From: Eledone cirrhosa
Taxonomy: Eukaryota
Assembly: GCA_964016885.1 (NCBI GenBank)
Contig: OZ024743.1
Span: 148,366,001 to 148,430,000, forward strand
Reading direction: 5' to 3'
DNA length: 64,000 bases
Shown here: piece after piece, positions 1 through 13,082 of the stretch
Layout of the letters: each line of letters begins with the position of its first letter
Position numbering within the stretch: position 1 is the stretch's first letter
The notes under the pieces: generated by a model
What the model was told of the DNA's origin: nothing
The model's database searches: none
What the model saw: only the letters and a program-made list of their open reading frames with translations
Program-made: the position numbers and the translations under genes

Positions 1-445
1 TTAACATTCTACTAGTCTTAATTCTATCAATTCTTCTATTATTTACCATTTAATATAAACTGCTATAGATAAAATGAGATTTCTGATTTCTTAATTCAAT
101 TCCCTAATGCATATACCAGCTGGCTACTAGCATTGATGTTATTCAGTAGCAGTCGAAATCTCCCCCTTCCTCAATTGACACTTTATAATTAATACTACTA
201 CACCAAATGACCAGCCCTGTCCATTGTTCAATTGGTCAAGTATAGATTAAAATAGGCACTCCCAAAAATTCTTATTTAGATAAAATAAACCATTTACTCA
301 TTGTATTCTCATTAGAAACCCTTCATATACTTGTTTAGCAGTAAATTGAATTACCATCTGTCATATACTACTGTCATATACTCTTCTTCCTCTATTACAA
401 CTAATATAAATACTTCAATTTTTCTGACTTTATCCAATTTATCCA

Positions 446-565
446 AAATCTCTGAAGAAGTGACAACTGGTTATACATTTGCTATCGAATACTTGCTAAC
501 ATTATATGATTACGCAAGCAGCGATACATAGGTATTCCGTCTGTTACAGAAACATATGTCAATAC
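446..565 (+). ncRNA. Type I hammerhead ribozyme motif with long helix II (Penelope pLTR-type)
   Basis: CTGAAGA 452-458; helix II GTGACA/TGTTAC enclosing about 90 nt; GAAA 549-552; palindromic helix III CATATG; GTC cleavage triplet ending at 560. Helix I is imperfect. Confidence 0.65.
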
Positions 566-722
566 CTAATAAATTCCTTTTTTTTAAAAAAGCACTTTCA
601 TTTTATATTCATCTTTTCTACATTTTCTTCGGAATATAATTTATACTCGTTGAGCAAACCTACACGTACGCTGTTCATCTCTAACGTAACGATATATTAT
701 CACTACATTATTGATAACCTGA

Positions 723-781
<59 letters not shown>

Positions 782-1172
782 TATCTGTCTCTAAAACATA
801 GACATCTCAATGAAAGGATAAGAAATAAATCATCTACTGAGAGAAGGAATTCAACTGTGTGTAAACACATACACACAAACACATATATATTAAAACGCTG
901 ATTAATATGTAAAACTATTAATCAAATTGTCTAACAAATTCATAGGTCAATAAGAGTGCTAAAAACAGCCACTGTTAGAACCTACAGTAAGCTCTACTAA
1001 TTTAAAATTAAACACTTTCATTAGGAGCAGTAACACAATAATCCAAAGGTAAAACATTGTCATAGAAATAGAGAAAATTTGGAGTTTTACCATCTTTATG
1101 TAAGTTCTTTTACTTGCTATCCAATTTTTCTTTGGCAATGCATCTATGAATACATACATACACACACACATA

Positions 1173-1236
<64 letters not shown>

Positions 1237-1241
<5 letters not shown>

Positions 1242-2693
1242 GGGAAGAAAGAGGAAAACTGCGTAGTTGCACATGGGTTACATATTATAAAATTAGTCCC
1301 TCATCATTGGTATTTCATCGCATTAAAAATCATATAGCTCAGGTTGGTGCGAGCAATAACTAAAATAAGCTATTGGGACAAGTGAACCACGTAAAGCGAG
1401 TGAGACAAGTAAACAACATAGAAAGAAAAGCAAACCGAAGGTAGGAATAAAGCAAGCAACATGATGGTTATCCGATCAGCATAATCTGGTTGAATTTCAT
1501 GAGCGGTCAGAAAACAGACCGTTCGACGTGAATGAGATGCGAGAAAGAAAGAATCCCACTACTAACGAACGGGTGGAAGTGAGAAGGGGAGAAACAGAGA
1601 GTGAGTGAGTGGAAGTGCGAGGAAGAGGTCAGTCGAGAGAAAGTGTAACTGACAGAGAGGGCGAAAGAAGGTGAGAGAAACAGAGAGAACGGGGGAGCAG
1701 AAAGAGAGAAACAGACAATCGCAGTCGAGGTAAATATGTATAAAATACATGGGAAGAAAGAGGAAAACTGCGTGGTTGCACATGGGTTACATATTATAAA
1801 ATTAGTCCCTCATCAGTGATTTGTCAACCATCATTGGTATTTCATCGCATTAAAAATCATATACCTCAGGTTGGTGCGAGCAATAACTAAAATAAGCTAT
1901 TAGGACAAGTGAATCGCGTAAATCGACTGAGACAAGTAAACAACATAGAAGGAAAAGAAAACCGAAGGTAGGAAAATAGCAAGCAACATGATGGTTATCC
2001 GATCAGCATAAGCTGGGTGAATTTCATGAGCGGTCAGAAAACAGACCGTTCGACGTGAATGAGATGTGAGAAAGAAAGAATCCCACTCCCACTGATCGCA
2101 CCAACCTGAGGTATATGATTTTTAATGCGATGAAATACCAATGATGGTTGGCAAATCACTGATGAGGGACTAATTTTATAATATGTAACCCATGTGCAAC
2201 CACGCAGTTTTCCCATGTTTTTTATACATATTTACCTCGACTGCGATTGTCTGTTTCTCTCTTTCTGCTCCCTCGTTCTCTCTGTTTCTCTCACCTTCTT
2301 TCGCCCCCTCTGTCAGTTACACTTTCTCTCGACTGACCTCTTCCTCGCACTTCCACTCACTCACTCTCTGTTTCTCCCCTTCTCACTTCCACCCGTTCGT
2401 TAGTAGTGGGATTCTTTCTTTCTCACATCTCATTCACGTCGAACGGTCTGTTTTCTGACCGCTCATGAAATTCACCCAGCTTATGCTGATCGGATAACCA
2501 TCATGTTGCTTGCTTTTTTCCTACCTTCGGTTTGCTTTTCCTTCTATGTTGTTTACTTGTCTCACTCGCTTTACGCGATTCACTTGTCCCAATAGCTTAT
2601 TTTAGTTATTGCTCGCACTAACCTGAGGTATATGATTTTTAATGCGATGAAATACCAATGATGGTTGGCAAATCACTGATGAGGGACTAATTT

Positions 2694-2697
<4 letters not shown>
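1237..2697. repeat. About 510-bp unit in tandem (1237-1745, 1746-2088), then an inverted, circularly permuted copy (2097-2697), flanked by (TA)n
   Basis: 'catgggaagaaagaggaaaactgcgt' recurs at about 1239 and 1748; the reverse complement of the unit runs 2097-2697; (TA)n on both sides. Confidence 0.9.
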
Positions 2698-2732
<35 letters not shown>

Positions 2733-2734
<2 letters not shown>

Positions 2735-2930
2735 TAGAAGTGGTATTTAATTTGTTGGAAGTCCGACAAATATAAATGCTTATAACTGATTTAGAGCACT
2801 CAACAGTTTACTGGAGTAAATATTCAATGATATTAGATAAATATATTTTATCTGATGGTTGCCCTTGAAATATATATAATAAAATAAATATGGTTTTATA
2901 AATATAGTTTCCATTTATTTAATATCATTG
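2733..2930 (+). mobile_element. Penelope-type pLTR fragment with a hammerhead whose helix II is deleted (same family as 31873-32151)
   Basis: TATTTTAT-CTGATGG-ttgccctt-GAAA-TATATA-TA-ATAAAATA; downstream 'aaatatggttttataaatatagtttccattt' is shared with 32110-32140. Confidence 0.6.
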
Positions 2931-2965
2931 TATATATATATATATATATAAATATATATATACAA

Positions 2966-3185
2966 AATGACTGACTGAATACACATGTGTTTTTTCTCTC
3001 CCCTTTTTCCTCGTTCCTTCATTTTCTCACTCTTCCATTTCTATTTATCTTCTATTTCTAACTCTATCTTCTGACAAAAGATTAGTGTCCGAAACGTTAA
3101 GAGTCACTTCCTGCTACTTCAAGCGTTAAACTTATATATTTCTTCAATGTAATGTGTTTGATTTCTTATTTATGTTTCCCTTTTA
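2966..3185 (+). mobile_element. Short repeat family with degenerate minimal hammerhead (other copies 7867-8100, 50428-50625, 20575-20725 minus)
   Basis: Shared 'tctatttctaactc..ctga..gatta/ctagtgtccgaaac..ttcaagcgttaaacttatatatttcttcaatgt'. Confidence 0.65.
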
Positions 3186-3339
3186 CACACACACACGTGT
3201 GTAAGTGTGTGTATGGATGGTAAGAATCGATCTTTCAACACATTTATGTGTTGTATGTATGTCATTGCGCCTACATAAATGTACAAACATGCCGATGTAT
3301 ATAAATTTGGTCTTGACAATTTCTTACCCTTGAATTACC

Positions 3340-3497
<158 letters not shown>

Positions 3498-3572
3498 ATA
3501 CTAATAATGATAATAATAGTAATAATAGTAAGGGTGAAAGCAGCGATTATTTGCTTAAACTTTAATCTGTTC

Positions 3573-3635
<63 letters not shown>

Positions 3636-3827
3636 ACATAGATGACAACTGAGAGGAAAGAGTACTCAACACCAAAGTTTAGATATAATTAGCGCACTTC
3701 TTATAATATATTTTAATTAATTACCAGCATGAGTGCTAATTATATACATTTCAGAAAAATATTAAGGGTGAGTGAGTATATGTTCCCTTTAAGTATGTGT
3801 TTACTTGTGGCTGGTTGCATGATATAC

Positions 3828-3876
3828 ACGTCTTCTGATGAGAGTTCAAGAAGATCTGAAAATCGATTAAAGATGT
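3828..3876 (+). ncRNA. Minimal type I hammerhead ribozyme
   Basis: Helix I ACGTCTT/AAGATGT (7 bp); CTGATGA 3835-3841; short helix II; GAAA 3858-3861; palindromic ATCGAT; TTA triplet. The host repeat (about 3720-3990) has a degenerate homologue at 56542-56840. Confidence 0.8.
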
Positions 3877-4086
3877 TTACTATCTTTTTAATTCACAGGA
3901 AAGTTCGTATTTTCTGGCATGTTCATATGCATACATACAGTATGTGTATATAATTATACACTTTAGTGCAATCTCGCTTGCAAACTCTGTATTTAGACAG
4001 ATACATCTTTATCATATACTACATATGCAAGCACACATCTTACACACACACAGACACATATATATATATATATACACACACACATT

Positions 4087-4173
<87 letters not shown>

Positions 4174-4181
4174 ATATATAT

Positions 4182-4438
4182 GAAGGCACATGGCTTAGTG
4201 GTTAAAGCATTGGCCTTGCAATCGAAAGGTTGTGAATTCAATTCTCGGACCGAGTGATGTGTTGTTTCCTTGAGCAAGACACTTTATTTCACGTTACTCC
4301 AGTTTACTCAGCTGTAAAAATGAGTACCGGCCTTCCCGCCCAGCCAGTGGGATGGCGTTATCTTATGGCTAAAACAGCACGACGTGCTGTGACCAGCGGC
4401 GCCAATTGGCGCCCGACAGACTGGTAGGTCAAGGTGAT
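4182..4438 (+). mobile_element. tRNA-derived CORE-type SINE with a structured, non-RTE tail
   Basis: A box TGGCTTAGTGG, B-box-like ATTCAATTC, CORE-like 'ccttgagcaagacacttta'; same head as 29725 and 46820. Confidence 0.85.
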
Positions 4439-4451
4439 ATATATATATAAG

Positions 4452-4853
4452 GGATAACATAATATCGTTATAGTTAATCCAGTTAGCAGTTGTGAATACT
4501 TCTTATTATGGATAGTTTTAGCGTACGGCGTTGTTTGACTCAACAAGAGGTTTACGTAGATGACGAGTTTATGATTTCCCTTGTAAGTTTATCTTGGAGT
4601 AATAAAATTGAAAAAGTGAAGAATAACATGGTCAACAGTACAAAAAAGGGGATTTATTTACAGTCTAACAATTGTTTCTCTGATTAAGCAGTGCGACTCA
4701 TATAACTGGTATGGGATGTAATATAAATTTGATTCATCGCAACACTGGTTCTCCGTTTCTTATGTGATATATATCACATAAGATATATATCACATATATA
4801 TATATCACATAAGAAACGGAGAATCAGTGTTGCGACGAATAAAATTTATATTA
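4452..4853 (-). mobile_element. Penelope-type pLTR fragment ending in a foldback (4718-4853); same family as 55924-56440
   Basis: Homologous to 56190-56440; hammerhead 3' half GAAA-CAATTG-TT on minus at about 4666-4678; arms 'cgcaacactggttctccgtttcttatgtgata' / 'tatcacataagaaacggagaatcagtgttgcg'. Confidence 0.7.
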
Positions 4854-4937
4854 CTATCGTTTCTCTGGCGACCAGCTCGAGGCACAATCGATGTAATGAT
4901 CGAACCTGACTCTGAAATATCAAGGTCGTCAGATACA
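4847..4937 (-). ncRNA. Degenerate hammerhead motif
   Basis: Minus strand: TGTAT-CTGACGA (4932-4926)...GAAA (4863-4860)-CGATAG-TA-ATATA; helix II is poorly paired. Confidence 0.4.
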
Positions 4938-5030
4938 TCTCGATTCTACGAAGCAGAGTTTAAAAAAAATAAAATAAAAAAGGTGCTCAAATGGCCTACC
5001 GCTTACGGACGCTTTAAGCATCTCACACCA

Positions 5031-5094
<64 letters not shown>

Positions 5095-5592
5095 AAGAGG
5101 GTTGTGAGAAATAGGATAATTGTGATGATTGAGGAATGCATCTATATTGTGCAGAATTTGAAAAGAGTTTGCAAATTTCCTGTTAAAGTGCCGTTTTTTA
5201 AGTTCGTTTTCCTGATACTTTGTTACTTTTGTTAATTTAATTTGATTTTTTTAAATTTGTTTACTTATTTGACTTTATTTTAATTTTGTAAATGTTTTCT
5301 TTTCATTAATATTTGTCTTTCATTGCGTTTCTGTATCTCCAGCAGTTTGCGTGTATATTTTTTTAATCATTTTTTTCCAGAACTGTCACAACAGATTGTG
5401 TGTTTTGGTGTTACCTTTTCATTAGTAATGACAACAATATCACTGATAATAGTATATCTATACAAATAAGGTAACAAGAGCAATTACAATATATATCATC
5501 ATCATTTAACGCCCATTTTCCGTGCTTGCATGAGATCTTTTGTTATGTTATGAAACAAGTCAGGTCCGGAGACCATGTCATGCTCATTTGAA

Positions 5593-5681
<89 letters not shown>

Positions 5682-5939
5682 CTATAAGTTTATTAACACC
5701 TAAAGGAAAATCAGTATTTTGATGCATCTTGGTTTCTGGGGGTGTCTGGAGGTCAAGTTTGAACCCTTGAAACCTTGGGTAGCAGATTTGTTCCGTGTAT
5801 GAACATAAATACATAATATAATAATATTTCTGCTCTCTTCCCGATTGAGCATTGTTTTCTTTTTTCCTTTTCACATCTACGGATATAGCTACATACCCCC
5901 CCCCCCCACACACTCATATATATATATATATATATATAT

Positions 5940-6147
5940 ATAGGAACGAGTGGGACCCCGACGGCTGAGCTCAAACCGTTGCGACGTCTAATTGTGGACG
6001 CGTCCATAGTCCAGAATTAGCCGTCGAAACGGCTTGAGCTCAGCCGTCGGGGTCCCACTCGTTCCTATTGCCCACTCTACTACCCTAAGTATTGAGTACT
6101 TTGGTGCGTTATGGTCCACCTGGTTCCTTACCACATTTCCTTCGTTA
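5940..6147 (+). mobile_element. Foldback element: about 125-bp hairpin plus 80-bp tail, carrying a hammerhead 3' half
   Basis: Arms 5940-5999 / 6009-6068; GAAA-CGGCTTGAGCTCAGCCG-TC-GGGGT. Copies at 32410-32631 and 61761-61970 (minus); diverged copies at 26770-26880 and 37904-38220. Confidence 0.85.
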
Positions 6148-6164
6148 TATATATATATATTATT

Positions 6165-7765
6165 ATCATCATCATCATCATTATAATTTTACATCCGCTT
6201 TCTCTGCTTGCAAGGGTTGGACAGGTCCTATTCAGCAGAGCATCTCTCCAGTTCTTCGTCATCATCTCCGTGAACTTCAGCGATCTGTGATCAGCCCTCA
6301 CCACCTCCGCTCATGTTTTCGTGGTCTTCCTCTACTGTGTCTTCATTCTACTGGGATTTCTTGGCACTTCTTTTCCAGTGGTCATCCTACATGCGCATCA
6401 GATGTCCATACCAATGCAGTCTTCTCTCCCGCACACTACAACTTATCCCTTTTATACACAATTTCTCTCTCAACTCAACTATGCTTGGTTGTTCATGCAC
6501 GTTGACATTGCACATCCAATAGAGCATGCTTGCTTCATTTCTCTCCAGCCATCACATATCCTCCGCAGTTGCGCAGCATCGCGCAACTCACACAGGCTTC
6601 ATATAACTGGCCTTTCGTGCGCAGGGAGGAATCCTTCTTCGTCAAGAGAGGAAGCAGCTCCCTAAACTTCTTCCAACCCGACCTTATTCTAGATACTATA
6701 ACCTTGGTGCACCTTTCCCCCTTGCTTATCTGATCGCCTAAGTTTTGGAAGCTATCAACCACCTGTATAGATCCTACCTTCATTTGAAAAATGTGTCTAT
6801 CACTGCGACTTCTACTGTCAGATTTCCCTCTACATCTACTGCATATGTAGTTTTACCTACCTGTTAGTTTGCCTGCTGTCCCACTACATCTCTTGTGTAC
6901 CCAAGATCTGCATTGTCTACATTTTATATAATTTATGCCAACTCCTTTTCTACATATCGAACATGGCCATTTCCCTGATGGTTTGACCCTTTCTCTAATT
7001 AGTTTCGCTAATATTCTTTCTGCCACTTTCATAACCTGATCCATCAGTTTCATGCCTCTATAATTGGTCCTCTCCAGAGCATAATGAGAATACTACTGCA
7101 CCAGTCTTTGTGTATGACTCCGCCATATATAGCTTGATTGACGATGCATGCAACCAGTTTAGCACCTACTTCTCCTGATGCCTTCAGCATCCCAGCAACT
7201 ATCCCCGACAGTCCACTGGCCTTACCACTTTTCATTTCCTTAATTGGCTCTTTGAACCTATATTCATCAATCTCAATAGCTGGTCCTTTTGTCGGGTCTA
7301 CTGGGGGTAATTCCTCTCAACATTCGTTCTCAACATTCATCAGTCTCTCATAATGACATTTCCAGGCCTCCTTTTTCTGATCATCAGTGACACTAAGTAC
7401 ACCAGCATCATTTCAGTCACACTTATCTCCAACAACATCCTGATTTACACTGACACACTGTCTTGCAATGTGGAACACTGCACGTCTCTGATCTTCTCAT
7501 CGCAGAACATTGGCAAACCTCCTACTCTCAGCCTCCCTGTGTGCTAAGTGCACCTGACGTTTAGCTTCTCTGTTAGCGGCTGTGAATCAGTCTCTACTCT
7601 CACCATTTTTCCAAGCCTTCCATGCTAGTCTTTTGTCTTTAATGGCCCCATCTACCGTATGGTTTCACCACCAGGTCACCCTCTGTCTGGTCGGAGCTCT
7701 TCTCCAGCCACAAGTTTCTTCAATAACCTGGAGTAAGTTATCACATCAGAAATTCCAGTTATCAT
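6165..7765 (-). mobile_element. RTE-clade LINE, 5'-truncated, degenerate, with an internal deletion of the YADD region
   Basis: MKSGKASGLSGIVAGML, KLMDQVMKVAERI, PSGKWPCSIC..HKRC, RIRSGWKKFRELLPLL; (GAT)n 3' tail at about 6165; same subfamily as 58083-60057. Confidence 0.9.
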
Positions 7766-7775
7766 CTATGTCATA

Positions 7776-7869
<94 letters not shown>

Positions 7870-7973
7870 GGCTGACTGCTTACACGTGTTCTTTTCTCCC
7901 AGATTTTTCTGATTTTTCCCCATTCTACCCTCGTTTCACTATTTTCTTTTTATTTATCTTCTATTTCTAACTC

Positions 7974-8012
7974 AATCTCCTGATGAAGGACTGGTATCCG
8001 AAACCTTAAAAA
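7974..8012 (+). ncRNA. Minimal hammerhead core, helix III mutated
   Basis: CTGATGA 7980-7986, A, GGA-ctggta-TCC, GAAA 8000-8003. Confidence 0.55.
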
Positions 8013-8106
8013 AGTCTTTTTCTGTTATTTCAAGCGTTAAACTTATATATTTCTTCAATGTTATGTGTCATTTGGTTTGCTATTTCTGTTTACCGTTTAC
8101 ACACAG

Positions 8107-8157
<51 letters not shown>

Positions 8158-8592
8158 TTAATTTCATAATTTTTTTAGTTTCCATCATTAGACTGTTTAA
8201 TACAGTTTTCCAAGCCATAACAGAAACATTTATGATTGGTTGACCCTGGGAACATCTGTATGCTATTGATCTGGCACTCACAAAACAAACTGCAAACGAT
8301 TTCGAGAATTTGCAGACATGGAAACAAAATCTGGAACCAAAAATTTCAAATTTAACTTAACAAAGACTATAACTCTAATACCTTCAAGTGAATGGCAGTG
8401 CTCAATATGACAAAAACAAGTAGAAGCTCCATAGCGTGGACGACTCAGTCGTTTTAGGGGTAAATTTTAGATTACATTATTCAGAAAATAAAGTACAATT
8501 TGGCTGCTATTTTTAACAGCTTCAGTGACCATGTACAGGCTACACACTCGTATGTATGTATTTATGTATGTAAATTTCTCTCTTTTCCTCTA

Positions 8593-9554
8593 TCTGTATA
8601 TATATAAAATTAAGTATGTGTGTATTACCTATAGGGGCCTACATCTTACGACCCATTTTCATGAAACTTTACAGGCTCATAGATTACTCATCGTGGAGTG
8701 TTTTCTATATATCAGCGTATCGTTTTTTTTTTATTCCGGGGTCATTCTGCAGATAAAATAAGATTTTTGGCTCTAGCTCCCACATTTTGCCACCGATTTC
8801 GTTCAAATTTTAAAGCAAAATAGAATTTATCATTGCACATCCTGTAATGGCTTTATAATTTGCATTTGTTGTTTAGGGACGGCGTGACAGCCGGTTAAAT
8901 ATTCAAAAATACCTCTTTTAGACTCAAATTTCCACTTTTTCGGCTCTAGCTCCCACATTAATCAACCTACTTTGTTCAAATTTTACACTACGCTAGATCT
9001 GATTATTTCACGTCTTAAAGTGGCTTTACATTTTGAATTTTCTTTCAGGAACGCCGTGGCAGCCGCTTAAATATTCGAAAATACAACCTTTTCGCTCAAA
9101 TTTCCGCCTTTTCGGCTCTAGCTCCCACATTTTTCAAGCGATTTCGTTCAAATTCGAAACTTCGGGTCTACTTCACACATAAATCAATTTATTTGGTTCA
9201 ACTTTTATACTACGATAGAACCTATTATTGCACATCTTATAGATGGTCAAAGGCAAAACGATGGCCACTGACGTCGTCTGAGCTTTTAGTTGTGTATTTG
9301 AGAATTCATCGGTTTCCAATCAAAGTAGCGTGAGGGAATTTGGCTTAGTGTTAGATGTCATTACCTCCTTCCCCCAACATGCCCCTTCATCAGTCACCCG
9401 CATTTCTCAGTGGTAGAGGTCATCACCACCCTCCCCCGCATGGCCTGTGTGTGGCCATAGATGATTCATCGAGAAGCAGTCGCTAAGATCAACACCTTTT
9501 CATCAACGTAGATATTATTTTACCTACCCAGGCAACGCTGGGTAATGCTGCTAG
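8593..9554 (+). mobile_element. Non-autonomous Helitron with internal 172-173 bp tandem repeats
   Basis: A|TC 5' end; subterminal hairpin ACCCAGGC-AAC-GCTGGGT (9526-9543) followed by CTAG|T (9551-9554); 'ggctctagctcccacatt' at 8769, 8942 and 9114. Confidence 0.8.
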
Positions 9555-10335
9555 TTTATAATAGAATGAAAATACGAATACAGAATGATAGATCGACAGA
9601 CAGTAAGTTACAAAAAGACAGACAAATACACGCTTCTTCCAGTAAGAAACATTATATAAATGTAATCAGCAAAATATGACACTATGCATAAGCTGTTCTC
9701 AGGATATGTCTCCAGTTTTGAATGTTTCCATATGTCATTATACGTGTTATGTAAAGTCAGAGTGATATAATTTTAAATATATATATCATAGATATAACTT
9801 ATTACGCAACATGTATCAACAAGTCTAATGTGTACTATTGTAAACATAATGTTTTTATCAATTGATGTAAGGAAGCCTTCAACAAATGCAAACAAATATT
9901 ATAAGAAATATCAACAGGTATTTGTATTCGTGTCTCCAAGATCTCATTGCACCAGCTAAAATTACTAGTTTTATCTAATATATATTGAATACACATCCTC
10001 AGCATAATTCAATGTCTGCTTTTGTTTGATGGTATTGTACAAGTGCATGGGAATGCATAGAAGTCAATTGAACAATACATCAATGTTTTGGATGGCAGAA
10101 CAGGTAAGCCATCAGAAAAACTTCCTTCTCGTGTTTGAATATGAATATTTACACTCTGAGTTCTAACACCACAAAGATGAAGCACACTTTACTTTTTCTT
10201 TTGTTGCTGATATAATAAGAATTATAGTAATTGTGTTTGATATAATCGACTAAAAGTCCCTTGAAAGTAGTGCCCCACTTAATTCATCACCCAGTTTAAC
10301 ACCACCACATTGCCCTTGGATACCCTTATCAGGTC

Positions 10336-10445
10336 TCAGGCTGCTGCAATCATTTTAGCCACATCTCCAGCTTGAGGATAACTTCCTTTCTCATTGATAC
10401 AAGTCTCAAATGCTCTGAAAAAGCCATAAGCATTTCTCTTCCTCC
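10336..10445 (-). pseudogene. Possible Tc1/mariner transposase C-terminal relic
   Basis: RNAYGFFRAFETCINEKGSY resembles the mariner/Tc1 terminal 'FRxRLExCIxxxGxY'; short and weak. Confidence 0.25.
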
Positions 10446-11270
10446 TGACTAACCGATAAAAATATATAGTAACAGTCCAATGACTGAAGCTAAAATGGTA
10501 AAAGAGTATGTGTGGTGGGAGTGTAAAGTTCAACATTAAACCTTGATTTAAAATTACACAGCTGGACAGTGTTAGTTAGAATATAACTATATCTAGCAGT
10601 ATCTTTAATAATCTTTCCAACAAAATACTATTACTAAATACATATATAAAAAGATAACAATAATGATAAACAAACAAAACCCTGTCATGCATTTGTAGAG
10701 GTGGTTCTAGTTATTAACATGATCTTTGACCAAGTGTAACCTAGGGAAGCGAAACAAAATCAAAAGTCATTTTAGATGGTTTAATCTTTTCGAGATTCTA
10801 AGGAACTATCTGTAACCATTATATAAAAAACAACAACAACACAGGTTATATTACATATATTCAAGCATGTCTTGTGTCATTACTGTTCAACCAAGTGAAT
10901 TTTTGTAATGCTAAAAGCATAACAAAGAATCTTAACAATAAGAATTATTTCATTTCTTGTAATTTTTTATCTCTTATTTTTTATGTTTTATATGTTGAGG
11001 TTTTGGTTTTAGAATATAGGCCAAATGCATCATAAAATTTGCTATATCTCAATAGTCTGCCAATTCTTCCTGATTTTATTTGCACAATACATTAAACACA
11101 TTAGGAAAATTAACAATATTTCTTTTACAAATACAGCAAAACTTTCAAGCCTTGAAATTAAACACTTCAATACTATATATTATTTATTTTTAACATACAT
11201 ACAATTTAGAAATCATTTTAAGAATACACACACTCACACACAAGTATATCTGTAAATATGTATAATGGTG

Positions 11271-11344
<74 letters not shown>

Positions 11345-11460
11345 GTCTACACACACATGTATGTATATGATGGTTGATATATATATATATATATATATAT
11401 ACAGTGGATGTAAAATGCTGATATATATATATATATATATATACAGTGGATGTAAAATAA

Positions 11461-11508
<48 letters not shown>

Positions 11509-12077
11509 TTATTAAAGTGTACCTTGAGCTAGTTCTATGAATGGACTTCTCCATTCTGTTTTGTAATGCATGCAATTAAAGACTTCATTAATTTTTACTA
11601 GTTTGAAATACTTACTCTTTTTGTTTTTACTTTATATTTTCTTTTATTTGTAAATCAGTATTGCACAGGATTTTGTTTCCAAAATAAAATTAAACAAAAA
11701 ATCTGTAGTTAAATAGAAAATAAGACTTGGAAAGAAAGAAAATAGTTTATATTGATATTTCTATTCCACTTGGCATGGCTTCTGATCAAGCCTTATTGGA
11801 CAATTCCGTGCAGTTAGGTGATTCCATAGTTTCACTTCTGCTTTTTTCTTTATAATTTTTCAGAACTCATTGCCAATCATCCACAGAAATACTTACTCTA
11901 TCCTTCACACCTTGCTAATTTCTGTTGCTTGCATTACCAATTCCAACTAATATTTCGTTTCACATTTTTCCTTGTCTTAGTCTTCAGTTTTTTTATATCT
12001 TTTTATTTCTGGTTTATTTATTTAATTCTAAAAAAGTATATATTTTATGGTCTTTCTTTAGATTTGATATATTATTA

Positions 12078-12132
<55 letters not shown>

Positions 12133-12871
12133 GTTGTATTAGTGTTGTTGCTGTTATCATCATCATCTCTATCACTATCATCATCATCAATATTATCATC
12201 ATACACAGCAGTAGTTTCAATTCTTAAAAAAATTATTATTGCCTTGCTATAAATCTTATTTATATTTTATAGAATGTTTCAAAACATACAACACACTAAC
12301 AAAATATGAATTACATGAATATCTTGAGTATCCAGCCAAATAAAGAATTGTAAGAGAATAACAGAGATATATTCTTTGTTTGTTTTTTTTAGGATGCTGG
12401 ACCTTTCTAAAAGTTAAATAAATTAACCAACCAAGTTGAAAGTGAGAATAAAATTACACAAGCTGTAAGAAATAGTTATAAGCAAGAACATAAATAGTCC
12501 AGTTTCCTAGTCAGACTGTTTCTCTCATGACATAACTGTGTATTTCAGTATTATTTATCCTACATCACATATATCAGTAAGGCATGTAGTATCAAGAAAA
12601 TCAAAACAAGAGTTAAATGTATAATGATGAAAAATAATATTAATTGAAGGATAATATATCATCATCACTACAGCCTTCAACTAATATAATTTTACCCAAC
12701 TATATATTTATCTATTGTTTACTTTTTTTAAATGCTCCATGCCATGATTAAATGTAGTGCTATATTGAAATATACCAACTACACCCTGTTTAGTAGTTGG
12801 TGTTAGGAAGGGCATTAAGTTGTAGAAATTAAACCAAAAATTAAATATATGAACAAGACGTGGTTCCTTAA

Positions 12872-13082
12872 CCCTTTAGCATATAAACTGGCCAGAATTC
12901 TCTCACTTCTTTCTGTTCAAACCGGCTGTCACTTGCCACTCATACTGATGTTAGGGTGTTGTTCTCAAAATAAAAAATATCACAATCTCAAAGATTCAAT
13001 ATTATCTGAGATAATTATTTAAGATAAAGCCTTTACCATTAAAATACAGTAGTATATATAGAGTAATGTAAATGCTGAAGGG
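12872..13082. mobile_element. piggyBac-like MITE
   Basis: TTAA|CCCTTTAGCATATA ... TAAATGCTGAAGGG|TTAA: 14-bp TIRs with TTAA target duplications. Confidence 0.75.

Noticed and set aside
2159-2200. Complete hammerhead in the 510-bp unit
   Set aside because: Only CTGATGA-GGG..CCC is present; no GAAA/NUH half follows.
4182-4255. tRNA genes at SINE heads (also 29725, 46820)
   Set aside because: Followed by a CORE body and LINE tail, with an imperfect cloverleaf; these are SINEs.
10030-10110. Possible plus-strand exon ending CAG|GTAAGC
   Set aside because: No convincing acceptor, partner exon or recognisable peptide.
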